This document shows, piece by piece, positions 43,969 to 53,620 of a stretch of 59,895 nucleotides of DNA. This DNA is from an uncultured Methanosarcinales archaeon (GTDB lineage: Archaea > Nanobdellota > Nanobdellia > Woesearchaeales > JASKKU01). How positions within the stretch are numbered: the first letter of the stretch is position 1; the number at the start of each line of letters is the position of its first letter. Made by a program: the position numbers and the translations under genes. The stretch covers positions 1-59,895 of the forward strand of contig CAYLQM010000002.1 in assembly GCA_964386095.1 (NCBI GenBank), given 5' to 3'. Under the pieces are notes generated by a model that was given only the letters and a program-made list of their open reading frames with translations, searched no databases and was not told the DNA's origin.

Positions 43969-45516
43969 ATGAATCATCTTAAACTCCTGAGCACAGCCAT
44001 AAAATTTTATTCTCGGCCTGAAATTAAGAAGGCGATATTTTCATCATCTGTTGACCGTGAATTTGTTCCAAAATTACTCTCTAACAAAGAAATCATTTTT
44101 GGTTCAAGACCCAATTTAATAAATTATCCAGATGACATTGATTTTTTCCTGCAATCAAGAGCAGTTTCTTTTCACATTTCTGAAGAAAGATGGAGTGATC
44201 CATCAAAACTCGTTTCAGGAATCAGCGATAAAGAACTCAACACTTTAAGAATCGGCTGGGATTTAGTTATTGATATCGATTTTCCGCTTTTTGAAGTGAG
44301 CAGAATTATCGCTTCTGAGATTGTCAACGCCTTGATTGATCACGGAATTAAAACTTTTTTTGTGAAGTTCTCAGGCAACAAGGGTTTTCATATTGCAATA
44401 CCTTTTGAAGTTTTTCCAAGCAGAGTAAACAATTTAGAAATCAAAGATACATTTCCACAGCTTCCTTCCAGGGTTTTAGCGTATCTCTCTTACTACTTAG
44501 ATAATCCTGACAACAATTTTAAAACATCTCAAAAGATATTTAATCAGAATCTTGAGTTGCCTAAAGAGTTAACAAAAGACTTCTGCTTGAATTGCTTATC
44601 CGAAGTAAAACCTTTTATTGATGAGGATAGATATGTCTTGATGTGCAAAAATTGCGGTTATCAGAAAGAGTTAAATTACACACAATACTCAGAAACAAAA
44701 TATTTTATATGCGAGAAATGTAGAGGGTTTATGGAATTAACGCAAGTTCTTAAACGGAAATGCCCGAAATGTGGTTCTGAACGACTTACAAAGAAAGTCA
44801 ATTTAGGTTTAGATAGTGTTTTGATTTCAAAGAGACATTTGTTTAGAGCGCCATACTCGTTGCATGAAAAAACTCAATTAATTTCACTGCCAATTCATTA
44901 TAAAGATATTTTAACCTTTGATAGGGAACTTGCCAAACCTGAATCTGTAAAAATAAAAAATGAGTTCCTTCCAAATAACCTGAGAGAAAAGAATCCTGCT
45001 GTTGAAGCAACTAAATTGTTCATTCAAGCTTTGGATTTTACAACGGAACAAAAAATAAATTTAGAGCGAAAAAGCGATTTATCAAAAAAACCAAAATTAA
45101 TTAATAAGCCAACGTCACTTTATCTTTCAATTAATTCGGAGAATCAAATTAATACGAAGTATTTCCCTCCATGTATTCTACACGGATTAAAGGGATTAGA
45201 GGACGGCCGGAAACGATTTGTTTTTATTTTAATAAATTTCTTGAATCAATTAAATTGGACACCCGAACAAATAAAAAAACTTGTGGTCGAATGGAATGCT
45301 AAGAATGAAAAAGAGCTTTCGCATACATTTATTAATGCACAGCTGTCTTATCACCTTAAACGAAAGAATATGCCGCCAAATTGTAATTCAGAAAGTTTTT
45401 ATTTGGACATAGGAATTTGTAAAAAAGATCCTTTGTGCAATACAATTAAAAATCCTGTGAGTTACGTTTTAAAGAAATATCTGATAAATTCAAAAAAGAA
45501 GAAATCAAAGAAATAA
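43969..45516 (+). CDS. Archaeo-eukaryotic DNA primase: catalytic PriS fused to a PriL C-terminal (Fe-S) domain-like module
   Basis: DxD at D102/D104 (LVIDIDF), SGNKGFHI, SLHEK; four CxxC pairs (C206/209, C226/229, C248/251, C265/268); C-terminal ~120 aa with YFPPC (C402) plus C472, C484, C490, the Cys pattern of the PriL 4Fe-4S domain. Confidence 0.75.
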   Translation: MNHLKLLSTAIKFYSRPEIKKAIFSSSVDREFVPKLLSNKEIIFGSRPNLINYPDDIDFFLQSRAVSFHISEERWSDPSKLVSGISDKELNTLRIGWDLVIDIDFPLFEVSRIIASEIVNALIDHGIKTFFVKFSGNKGFHIAIPFEVFPSRVNNLEIKDTFPQLPSRVLAYLSYYLDNPDNNFKTSQKIFNQNLELPKELTKDFCLNCLSEVKPFIDEDRYVLMCKNCGYQKELNYTQYSETKYFICEKCRGFMELTQVLKRKCPKCGSERLTKKVNLGLDSVLISKRHLFRAPYSLHEKTQLISLPIHYKDILTFDRELAKPESVKIKNEFLPNNLREKNPAVEATKLFIQALDFTTEQKINLERKSDLSKKPKLINKPTSLYLSINSENQINTKYFPPCILHGLKGLEDGRKRFVFILINFLNQLNWTPEQIKKLVVEWNAKNEKELSHTFINAQLSYHLKRKNMPPNCNSESFYLDIGICKKDPLCNTIKNPVSYVLKKYLINSKKKKSKK

Positions 45517-45549
45517 TCCCATCGTTTAAATTAAAAAGGGTGTGATAAA

Positions 45550-46023
45550 ATGCACTGCGATTTGTGTGGTAAGGAAACAGACGAGATTTATAGGGCTGAA
45601 ATAGAAGGTTCAATATTTAATGTGTGCAGCGATTGTGCTTCCTTAGGTAAAATAATCTCCAAAGTTAAACCTGCTAAAAATCCCGCTGTGAAACCAGCAC
45701 CTTCTAGGAAACATATTGCTGAAAAAGAAATAATTCAGGTCATTGTACCGAATTATGCAACTTTGATTAGAAATGCCCGAGAAAAAGCAGGATTAAAACA
45801 AGAAGAACTTGCTAAAAAGATTGCAGAAAAAGATTCTTTGATCAGTGCAATAGAATCCGGCAGACATGAACCACCAATTGATGTCGCACTTAAATTAGAA
45901 CATTTTTTAGGCATACATTTGGTGGAGGAAGAAGAAATTGTTTATGACAAACCAAAAAAACACAAGTCTACTTCTGAAGAAAGCATAACCTTGGGGGATA
46001 TAATTAAGATTCGAAAGAGATGA
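45550..46023 (+). CDS. mbf1: Archaeal multiprotein bridging factor 1 (aMBF1): zinc ribbon plus XRE HTH
   Basis: CDLCGKE...CSDC N-terminal zinc ribbon; LIRNAREKAGLKQEELAKKIAEKDSLISAIESGRHEP HTH. Confidence 0.8.
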   Translation: MHCDLCGKETDEIYRAEIEGSIFNVCSDCASLGKIISKVKPAKNPAVKPAPSRKHIAEKEIIQVIVPNYATLIRNAREKAGLKQEELAKKIAEKDSLISAIESGRHEPPIDVALKLEHFLGIHLVEEEEIVYDKPKKHKSTSEESITLGDIIKIRKR

Positions 46024-47437
46024 CTTTATTTTCGCTTTGATTTTTATTATAGCTTTTTATTATACGCAATAAAACCGGATTCTCGTTGGCAAGATACTGC
46101 TCAAGATCAGATGTCAAGATGATTCCTTGAATTTGATTCTTTTTAACAAACATTTGAAATTCATGCAAATCAATTATAGATAAAAATTCATTAAAACGAT
46201 TTAAGTTTTCGTTAGTCGGTTTGTTGTTTTCCACAAGGATTTTTTCAAGAAATGTTGTACTGTTTTTGAGACTTAATGTTCTTAGGATTTGTCTGGTGTT
46301 GGAATTATAAAAATCCGAACAGAGATTGTTATCAAAAAAAGCGTTTTTCCCACCCAAAACTGAAAAGAGACAGAGTTGTGTTGGCGAGACAACCATCTTC
46401 TTGGTTAAATTTTGGTTGAAGTTAAGGATTGACATCATCTCGTTAAATCTTGCGGCATTTGTCGTATTTTTTACAATAAGAATCGGTTCCGGAAAAGCTA
46501 TCAACACAAAAAGTAAACCTAAGATGAGCACTTTCAAAAGCTTGTGCGATCGTTTATTATGTATGATATAATATATTCCTACACCTGAAAGCATGTTTAA
46601 AAATAACGCTGCTAAAATTAAACTGTATTTTGAATATGTCGAAAGAAATATTGACATCAAGATTATTAAAAGGAGCAAACTGTCGAAGACAGTAAATTCT
46701 TTTTTATAACTTAAGGAAATGGTTGCAATTGTTGCAAGAATAAAAACAATGAGTCTAATTGACAAAAAAGATGACAATTCAAACAGAACTTCTGTAATTG
46801 ATGCAAGAGGATAATATGCAAATTTTAGGTTAAAGAATGATCTGAGAAAGACATAATGTGCATACAGAGCGAGTAAGATTATATCAAAGAAAATCGCAGT
46901 TTTTTTCTTTTTTCCGAAGTCAAAATACAATATTGTAAAAATACTGGCGATTAAAAACATGTAATTAAATGAACAACTGATGAGAAATAGAGTACCGGAA
47001 ATGTTATGCCCTTTTAGTTTTAGAAAAAACCCTGCTAAGAAGAGAATAGTAAATATAAAGAAATGATTGATTGAAGAAAAAAGGAATACATATATCGGTG
47101 AAATTAAAATCATAAGTGATGAATAAAACGCAATTTTCTCGTTCTTGAAAATTTCTTTAGTAATAAAGTAAAAAAACATTATAAATCCTAATGATGCGAG
47201 ATCGTTGATTATAAAAAAGATTGAGGACAAGTTAATCAAAATTTTTTTAAAGAAAAATTCTAGTAATCTGCTCTTAAACAATTCGTTAAGAAACGCGTAA
47301 TTTATACTTCTTATGCTTCTCAAAAATACAAAATTGTATACTATTGTTGCTGATAAGAGGATTATAAAATTCCATTCTTTTAGAAAATCTTTCTTGACAT
47401 TTTTCCCGTTTTTTCTTTTTTTAGTTTTCATTTTCAA
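46004..47437 (-). CDS. Polytopic membrane protein with a C-terminal soluble domain (possible GT-C-fold glycosyltransferase), paralogue B
   Basis: 477 aa; about 11 TM then ~130 aa hydrophilic; no WWDYG-type STT3/AglB motif seen; overlaps the upstream paralogue by 17 nt. Confidence 0.35.
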   Translation of the reverse strand: MKMKTKKRKNGKNVKKDFLKEWNFIILLSATIVYNFVFLRSIRSINYAFLNELFKSRLLEFFFKKILINLSSIFFIINDLASLGFIMFFYFITKEIFKNEKIAFYSSLMILISPIYVFLFSSINHFFIFTILFLAGFFLKLKGHNISGTLFLISCSFNYMFLIASIFTILYFDFGKKKKTAIFFDIILLALYAHYVFLRSFFNLKFAYYPLASITEVLFELSSFLSIRLIVFILATIATISLSYKKEFTVFDSLLLLIILMSIFLSTYSKYSLILAALFLNMLSGVGIYYIIHNKRSHKLLKVLILGLLFVLIAFPEPILIVKNTTNAARFNEMMSILNFNQNLTKKMVVSPTQLCLFSVLGGKNAFFDNNLCSDFYNSNTRQILRTLSLKNSTTFLEKILVENNKPTNENLNRFNEFLSIIDLHEFQMFVKKNQIQGIILTSDLEQYLANENPVLLRIIKSYNKNQSENKVISFES

Positions 47438-48875
47438 GACAATACAATAGGTTGTTTGAAATATTGGCTTTTAATTTTAGCATATCTAAATCCACAGCTT
47501 TTAGTTTTTCCACATTAAACAACTCTTTCTCAAACTCGCTTACAACAATACAATTGCCATCATGCTTTTTAAGGAAATCTACAATATTCAGTTCAAGAGG
47601 GCTGTGATAAATCTCTTTTACTTTCAATTTGTCATTGTAACTTAACCGTTCGTACATTCCGTTGTGTTTTGTGTAGAAGTCGATGAGAAAAGCTGTTTCT
47701 CTGCAGGATACAATTCGCAGAGGAGTTTCTGAAACATTGTTAATTTTTTCAAAAAACTTAACCAGTTGTGGAGAAATTGCGTTGTTTGTGTTGGTAATAA
47801 TTGCTTGTGGCAAATAAACTGCCGCAAAACTCATGTTAAGAATTATTGCTCCGGTCAAGAATAAATCTTTCGCCTTGTCGCTAAATCTTGATTTCATGAA
47901 AAAAGAATTTATCAGGGTTAATGCCCTTGCAGAACCGACGCTTAATGATATGACAAGCAGGAATAACAAGAAGTAAGCGTTTGACACCCGAAAAATCAAA
48001 AAAACAAAACTGACTATTAGCATGGAAGCGAGAATATAAAACCTTTTTGCCGATTTTTTGCGGCTGGACAATTCTGAATATAATGCATAAATGCCAAACA
48101 AGATTGTTGTAGGACCTACAAGCGGAACAATGTAAGATATGTTAATGTGAGTGAATGAAAGACTTATTGGGCTCAGGAACTCTTGAATGATTATTGGCAA
48201 GTTTTTGTTTAGCATATAGTTTCTGAAAAAGAAGATATAATATGTTGCGTACAAAAATGTAGAATAAATTGCAATATCTTTTTCAAAATTGAGAACTTTT
48301 TTGGATTCAAACAGATGTAATATAAGATATGCATAAATTACTATTATGAAAAATGCTGAAAGTGGACTGGATATAACCAAAAGAGAAACGAGCAAAATTA
48401 AACCGATTGTAGCCTTTTTGGCAGTTATTGAATTTATCCACGAATTTAATGTCATCAGAATCAAAATTAAAACGAAAGATTCCGTGAGCAAAGTGTTTAA
48501 AGTCATTAAATAAAAGACTGGAGAGCTTGCAAACAAAAGTAACGAAAAAAACGATTTCTTATCATCATCACTAAATTGTGTGATCAATGCATACATTAAA
48601 ACAAAGAAAATAAAAGATAAAGCTACAGATACTGCTTTAAGTATTTGAACCTGTGTACTTAAATCAAGATTTAAAGTATTTAACAGGTACAAAATCGCTT
48701 TAAGAAAAAGATAAAACCCCTGATGAACACCCGATTCTTTATCTAAAGCTTTTACTAAATTTGAATAGGTCTCTGGATAACTTAATTGTTTAGTTGAAAA
48801 AACCGTGCTAATTTCTAAAACAAGTATTAAAATGAAAAATAGGTACAGGTACCAATTTCTTTTGATATTTAGCAT
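47421..48875 (-). CDS. Polytopic membrane protein with a C-terminal soluble domain (possible GT-C-fold glycosyltransferase), paralogue A
   Basis: 484 aa; same architecture as 46004..47437; the function is only inferred from architecture. Confidence 0.35.
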   Translation of the reverse strand: MLNIKRNWYLYLFFILILVLEISTVFSTKQLSYPETYSNLVKALDKESGVHQGFYLFLKAILYLLNTLNLDLSTQVQILKAVSVALSFIFFVLMYALITQFSDDDKKSFFSLLLFASSPVFYLMTLNTLLTESFVLILILMTLNSWINSITAKKATIGLILLVSLLVISSPLSAFFIIVIYAYLILHLFESKKVLNFEKDIAIYSTFLYATYYIFFFRNYMLNKNLPIIIQEFLSPISLSFTHINISYIVPLVGPTTILFGIYALYSELSSRKKSAKRFYILASMLIVSFVFLIFRVSNAYFLLFLLVISLSVGSARALTLINSFFMKSRFSDKAKDLFLTGAIILNMSFAAVYLPQAIITNTNNAISPQLVKFFEKINNVSETPLRIVSCRETAFLIDFYTKHNGMYERLSYNDKLKVKEIYHSPLELNIVDFLKKHDGNCIVVSEFEKELFNVEKLKAVDLDMLKLKANISNNLLYCLENEN

Positions 48876-48881
48876 TTTTAA

Positions 48882-49991
48882 TCATGGCACAATTTTCAAA
48901 AGATTCAGCTTCAAATACCCTTGAGGCAATTCTAACCTTTTTTTAATATTAAATCCCCTTTTTTCAAATTCTTCAGGCAAATTGGTAATGATGTTTAAGT
49001 CGATATTGACTGAGGGCAGGACATACTTTTTAATTTTATCAACGATTACATTGTTTTTGTACTTGCTTAAGCTGATGTAGGTTATTGCTTTATCGAATCG
49101 ATCTCCAAAGGCGATCTGAAAGAATCTTAAATCCCTTTTAGAGAACTTTATCTTTTTTGCGACGCCCGCAATTTTCGCATTTTTTCGTGCAGCATCAATG
49201 TTTGGGAAAGCCATGTCCGTGGCAAAGATGTCCAATTCATTAATTTCTTCACAATCAATCTTATTAAAAACTTTGTCAAATTCAAAATCAACGCTGGAAC
49301 TGTTGATTAGCTCATTCTTATCATATCTTCTAACAGAGCGATTGCTTAAATAATGATACGCTTCAAGCATTAAAGTATTGTCTTTGCACAAGAAATCAAT
49401 TATTTTATGTTCTCTTTTTATGCCGGAAAAAAGAACCAAAGAAAATGCGCTTAAGGGTCTCAATCCGGTTTTGTTTACAAAAATTCTGTATGTTCTTCTT
49501 GATAAATCTACATTAAATAAACTTAAACCGAATAAACAAACATACTGATTATTTAATTTATAAATCTCCAGCAAGAACTTTCTTTTAGCCACTTTAAAAT
49601 TTTTTTGTGTGAAATACTTTTCAGATATGCTGTCCGCAATCTTGTTTGAGATTTTGAAAGCTCTTGTTTTAATATTTTTATCATTAGTATCAACGAAAAC
49701 GCCAAACTCATTTATCCCTTTTAAATTTGGAATTTTTTTTAGGTCCAAACTTTTGTTGATTTTTTTAATTAGTTCTTCCTCATCAAATTTTTGAGTAAAT
49801 TTGTGATATGACAACAAAAAACATACATCTCTTGTTGATTGGGCAAGGTATGCAATTTTTATGGCCTGAGCTAATTCAGATTCGAAAATGAATGCCTGTC
49901 CAACTATAGTTCCATCCACTTTAAATCGCTCTGTCAACTCTTTATTAAGAAAAAGCTCATTTCCTAGTTCAGTTGTGCAAAAGAACTTCAT
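48882..49991 (-). CDS. THUMP-domain RNA methyltransferase homologue (Trm14/RlmL-like) with degenerate SAM-binding and catalytic motifs
   Basis: The ORF track starts at 50021; I prefer the ATG at 49991, which forms an ATGA overlap with the gyrA stop. N-terminal [17 protein letters not shown]...[11 protein letters not shown] (ferredoxin-like/THUMP), RRTYRIF...[11 protein letters not shown]; motif I reads [15 protein letters not shown] (expected DPxCGSGT), motif IV reads ITYISLSKY (expected (N/D)PPYG). Confidence 0.6.
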   Translation of the reverse strand: MKFFCTTELGNELFLNKELTERFKVDGTIVGQAFIFESELAQAIKIAYLAQSTRDVCFLLSYHKFTQKFDEEELIKKINKSLDLKKIPNLKGINEFGVFVDTNDKNIKTRAFKISNKIADSISEKYFTQKNFKVAKRKFLLEIYKLNNQYVCLFGLSLFNVDLSRRTYRIFVNKTGLRPLSAFSLVLFSGIKREHKIIDFLCKDNTLMLEAYHYLSNRSVRRYDKNELINSSSVDFEFDKVFNKIDCEEINELDIFATDMAFPNIDAARKNAKIAGVAKKIKFSKRDLRFFQIAFGDRFDKAITYISLSKYKNNVIVDKIKKYVLPSVNIDLNIITNLPEEFEKRGFNIKKRLELPQGYLKLNLLKIVP

Positions 49992-52420
49992 TTTGCAATC
50001 TTGGAGAACGACACTACGCAATCCCCTTCTGAAAGTTTAATGATTCTTACTCCTGAAGAATTTCGTCCATATATCGGAATTTCAGAGCACTTAATCCTTA
50101 TTATAAGCCCTTTTTGTGTTACAATTAATATTTCATCGTCATCATAAACCAGTTCGCATCCAATCACATAACCATTTTTATTGTTAAGTTTGATGTTTCT
50201 TATACCCTTTCCGCCGCGGTTGGTTATCCTGTACTTGCTGATTTCAGTTTTTTTACCGAAACCTTTTGAGGTGCTTGTTAATATTGTGTCGCTTTCGTTA
50301 GAAGCTACCAGCAATGAAACAACTTCATCTTTTTCTGAAAGTCGAATACCTTTGACCCCCATTGATGTTCTGCCTGTTTCTCTAATTATGTTCTCATTAA
50401 ATCTTATGGCTTGACCGAATTTAGTGAATATGAATATCCAAGAATTCTTGCTGCATAATCTCACATTAACTAATTCATCATTCTCCCTTAGTTTAATTGC
50501 AATAATTCCTGTGCCTCGAGGTTTGGAGAATCTTTTCAGATAAGTCTTCTTAATTAAACCCCTTTTTGTTACGAATATTAAGTAACCCTCTTCTAAAGAT
50601 TGAAGCGGTATTACTGATTTAACGGTTTCATCTTCCCTCAATTGCAACAAATTGTTTAGAGGTTTTCCTTTTGATTGTCTGCTTCCCTCGGGGATTTGAT
50701 ACACTTTCAACCATTTGACTTGTCCTTTATTTGTGAATACCAATAAATAGTCCTTTGAATTTGCTATGAAAATATCCTTGATATTGTCTTCCTCTTTTAA
50801 TTTGGCTCCAACAACTCCTTTACCGCCTCTCCTTTGAATTCTGAATTCTTTTAAATCTGAACGTTTTATATAATCTTTAGCGCTAATCAGAATCGCCCAA
50901 GGTTTGTCTTCAATTAAATCTTCAAAATCAATATCTATTTCTTCTTCAAAGTTAAAATCAGTTCTGCGTTCGTCTCCATATTTTTCTTTGATTTCCAACA
51001 TCTCTTTTTTTATGGTGGTTAAGACTTTCTCTTCAGATTCAAGTATACTCCTTAATTCTTCAATAATTTGTTTTAGTTTGATCTTTTCATCTCTAAGCTT
51101 GTTGCTTTCCAATTTCGTTAATTTCTGTAATCTCATTTCGAGAATTGCTTTTGCCTGTGTTTCGGTCAGCGAGAATCTTGATATAAGTAATCCTTTAGCT
51201 TGTTGGACACTTTCACTTCCCCTAATCAATTTTACAACTTCGTCAAGCTTTTCTTGAGCAACTATTAGTCCTTCAACAATATGCAGTCTTTCTTCAGCTT
51301 TTCTCAAGTCAAAAGTCGTTCGTCTTCTAATTACTTCCTTTCGGTGTTCTATGAACTTCTCAATTAATTGTTTGATATTGAACACTCTTGGCTTTTTTCC
51401 ATCCAAAGCTCTTAATTGGACGCCAAAGGTGACTTGCAGTTGAGAATGCTTGTATAACTGATTTAACACAATCTCCTCATTGACAGTTTGTTTCAATTCA
51501 AAAACTATGCGAATACCTTCTTTGTTTGATTCGTCTTTAATATTGGTAATGCCATCAATAACGCCTTTCTTAATTAAGTTCGCAATCTGTTCTATTAAAG
51601 TTGATTTATTGACTTGATAAGGAATTTCAGTTACAACAATGAGTTTCTTGTTTTTCTTTTCTTCAAAATGAACTTTTGAGCGTATGATTAATTTTCCATA
51701 ACCCGTATGGAAATAATCGTAAATACCTTTTTGATTTATTATTGTTGCACCTGTTGGAAAATCAGGGCCTTTTATTGTTTTGCCTAATTCAAGAATAGAT
51801 ATCTCAGGATTATCAATAGTTTGGATTATCGCGTCGCAAACTTCTTTTAAATTATGGGGCGGAATGTTTGTAGCCATGCCAACAGCAATTCCTGAAGAGC
51901 CATTGATTAACAATTGCGGGATCGTCGTTGGCAAAATTACTGGTTCTTTTAAGCTTTCATCAAAGTTTCCTACAAAATCAACAGTATCTTTCTCTAAATC
52001 TTTAAGCAACTCTCCCCCTATCTTTGAGATTCTTGCTTCAGTATATCTCATAGCTGCTGCGCTATCGCCATCAATACTGCCGAAATTACCTTGACCGTCT
52101 ACAAGAGGATATCTTAACGAGAACGGTTGAGCCATTCTAACTAACGCATCATACACCGCAGAGTCTCCATGGGGATGATATTTACCCAAGCAATCACCAA
52201 CAATCCTTGCACTTTTTTTAAATGCGTTAGAACTTGTTAACCCCAATTCGTGCATAGAGTATAATACTCTTCTGTGCACTGGCTTTAGACCGTCCCTTAC
52301 ATCGGGTAACGCTCGACCGATGATTACAGACATCGCATAATCTAAATAAGATGTGCGCAATTCCTCTTCGATTGGTTGTTCAATAATTCTGCTCATTTTC
52401 TGCCTTTTGTCGAGGCTCAC
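49988..52420 (-). CDS. gyrA: DNA gyrase subunit A
   Basis: 810 aa; [24 protein letters not shown], catalytic Tyr in [11 protein letters not shown]-terminal beta-pinwheel repeats; no gyrB adjacent. Confidence 0.9.
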   Translation of the reverse strand: MSLDKRQKMSRIIEQPIEEELRTSYLDYAMSVIIGRALPDVRDGLKPVHRRVLYSMHELGLTSSNAFKKSARIVGDCLGKYHPHGDSAVYDALVRMAQPFSLRYPLVDGQGNFGSIDGDSAAAMRYTEARISKIGGELLKDLEKDTVDFVGNFDESLKEPVILPTTIPQLLINGSSGIAVGMATNIPPHNLKEVCDAIIQTIDNPEISILELGKTIKGPDFPTGATIINQKGIYDYFHTGYGKLIIRSKVHFEEKKNKKLIVVTEIPYQVNKSTLIEQIANLIKKGVIDGITNIKDESNKEGIRIVFELKQTVNEEIVLNQLYKHSQLQVTFGVQLRALDGKKPRVFNIKQLIEKFIEHRKEVIRRRTTFDLRKAEERLHIVEGLIVAQEKLDEVVKLIRGSESVQQAKGLLISRFSLTETQAKAILEMRLQKLTKLESNKLRDEKIKLKQIIEELRSILESEEKVLTTIKKEMLEIKEKYGDERRTDFNFEEEIDIDFEDLIEDKPWAILISAKDYIKRSDLKEFRIQRRGGKGVVGAKLKEEDNIKDIFIANSKDYLLVFTNKGQVKWLKVYQIPEGSRQSKGKPLNNLLQLREDETVKSVIPLQSLEEGYLIFVTKRGLIKKTYLKRFSKPRGTGIIAIKLRENDELVNVRLCSKNSWIFIFTKFGQAIRFNENIIRETGRTSMGVKGIRLSEKDEVVSLLVASNESDTILTSTSKGFGKKTEISKYRITNRGGKGIRNIKLNNKNGYVIGCELVYDDDEILIVTQKGLIIRIKCSEIPIYGRNSSGVRIIKLSEGDCVVSFSKIAK

Positions 52421-52454
52421 AATTTAATTAAAAATAATTCAAAAAGAAAAAAGT

Positions 52455-52664
52455 TTATTCAGTGCCTTCTTCTTCAAGGTCTTCTTCAACAAGTTCATCC
52501 AACTTTTTGTTAAACTCTTCTTCTTTGATAACGCCTTTATCGATTAAAAGCTCAATCAAAGCGTCAATCTTCAAATGTGCGTCATACAGCAAGTCTTCAG
52601 CAGTATACTCCTCATTTGATTCTAAATTTTCGTTGCTCATTTTAATCTTAGCAAATTCTTCCAC
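52455..52664 (-). CDS. Small highly acidic hypothetical protein
   Basis: 69 aa, about 35 percent D+E, predicted helical (DLLYDAHLKIDALIELLIDKGVIKEEEFNKKLDELVEEDLEEE); lies 34 nt upstream of gyrA on the same strand. Confidence 0.4.
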   Translation of the reverse strand: MEEFAKIKMSNENLESNEEYTAEDLLYDAHLKIDALIELLIDKGVIKEEEFNKKLDELVEEDLEEEGTE

Positions 52665-52690
52665 TTTTTAAATCTTTTTATAGTTAAAAT

Positions 52691-53194
52691 TTAATTGCCT
52701 TGTTTATTCCGTAACTCGAGAACTGCATAGATGAATAACAAATCAGAAAGACGGTTAAACGCTTTGATTAGAAGGTTGTCCCATTTATTTTTTCGGATCA
52801 ATGAAACGATTCTTCGTTCGCATTTCCTGCAGACGACTCTGCACAAATCTATTCTGGAAGAAGTTTCATCATCACCAAAAATTATAAATTGTTTAAGGTT
52901 AATCTTTTCTTCATTCCGTTCAATTTCTAACTCAGTCCATCTCAAGAATTCTTCAACATCTTCTTTGAAGTGCTTGCCATCACATGCAACATAGCTGCTG
53001 ACTTTGTTTAAAAATTTCTGAATTTTTTCAAGCTGTTCGTGGAAGGTGTTATCCATGGATCTTGCAAATCCGATAAAGGAGTTTAATTCATCAATATTAC
53101 CTATAACCTCGAAAATCAATTCATCTTTGCTAATGTTGCTGTTTTTTAAGGTGTTGCTCTTGCCGTAATCTCCTTTCTTTGTGGTAATTTTCAT
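52691..53194 (-). CDS. PduO-type ATP:cob(I)alamin adenosyltransferase family protein
   Basis: MKITTKKGDYGKSNTL...SKDELIFEVIGNIDELNSFIG matches the N-terminal signature (TxxGDxGxT...K...G.(I/V)DELN). Confidence 0.8.
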   Translation of the reverse strand: MKITTKKGDYGKSNTLKNSNISKDELIFEVIGNIDELNSFIGFARSMDNTFHEQLEKIQKFLNKVSSYVACDGKHFKEDVEEFLRWTELEIERNEEKINLKQFIIFGDDETSSRIDLCRVVCRKCERRIVSLIRKNKWDNLLIKAFNRLSDLLFIYAVLELRNKQGN

Positions 53195-53287
53195 AACATA
53201 ATTCTAAAAAAATGTATTTAAAAAAGCTTCGGAAAGCAAAGCATTAACAACAAAACTTATAAAATAAAATAGAGTCTTTTAAATGAA

Positions 53288-53620
53288 ATGCCAAGGAAAC
53301 CCGGTAGCCCTATCAGAGAGAATATTAAAAAAATCCTTTTTACAATTGCTGAGCTTGACGGATACCGTCTTTATAAGATATATATCTCCGTATTTCCTCA
53401 AGTAACTCAAAGGTCAATATATTACAATCTCAAAAAAGGCGTGGAAATCGGCGAGTTTAAGATATCGCGAATTGAACACCTTTCTGGAAATTTCTCCTGG
53501 GGCAATTCTTCCCGCAAGGTATTTTATTCATTAGTTCAGTTTCCCAGAACAAACCCTCCTTTAAAAGAAAGAAAAAAGATAAAACTTGCTTATAAAAAAG
53601 TTACAAATTCTAATCTGTAA
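53288..53620 (+). CDS. PadR-like winged-helix protein (hypothetical)
   Basis: 110 aa; LDGYRLYKIYISVFPQVTQRSIYYNLKKGVEIGEF resembles the PadR wHTH core; 3' end converges on and overlaps valS by 11 nt. Confidence 0.45.
   Translation: MPRKPGSPIRENIKKILFTIAELDGYRLYKIYISVFPQVTQRSIYYNLKKGVEIGEFKISRIEHLSGNFSWGNSSRKVFYSLVQFPRTNPPLKERKKIKLAYKKVTNSNL

Noticed and set aside
49988-52420. gyrA without an adjacent gyrB as evidence of a pseudogene or a topo IV-like function
   Set aside because: The gene is full length with the catalytic Tyr and C-terminal repeats. gyrB is often unlinked, and its absence from this window is uninformative.
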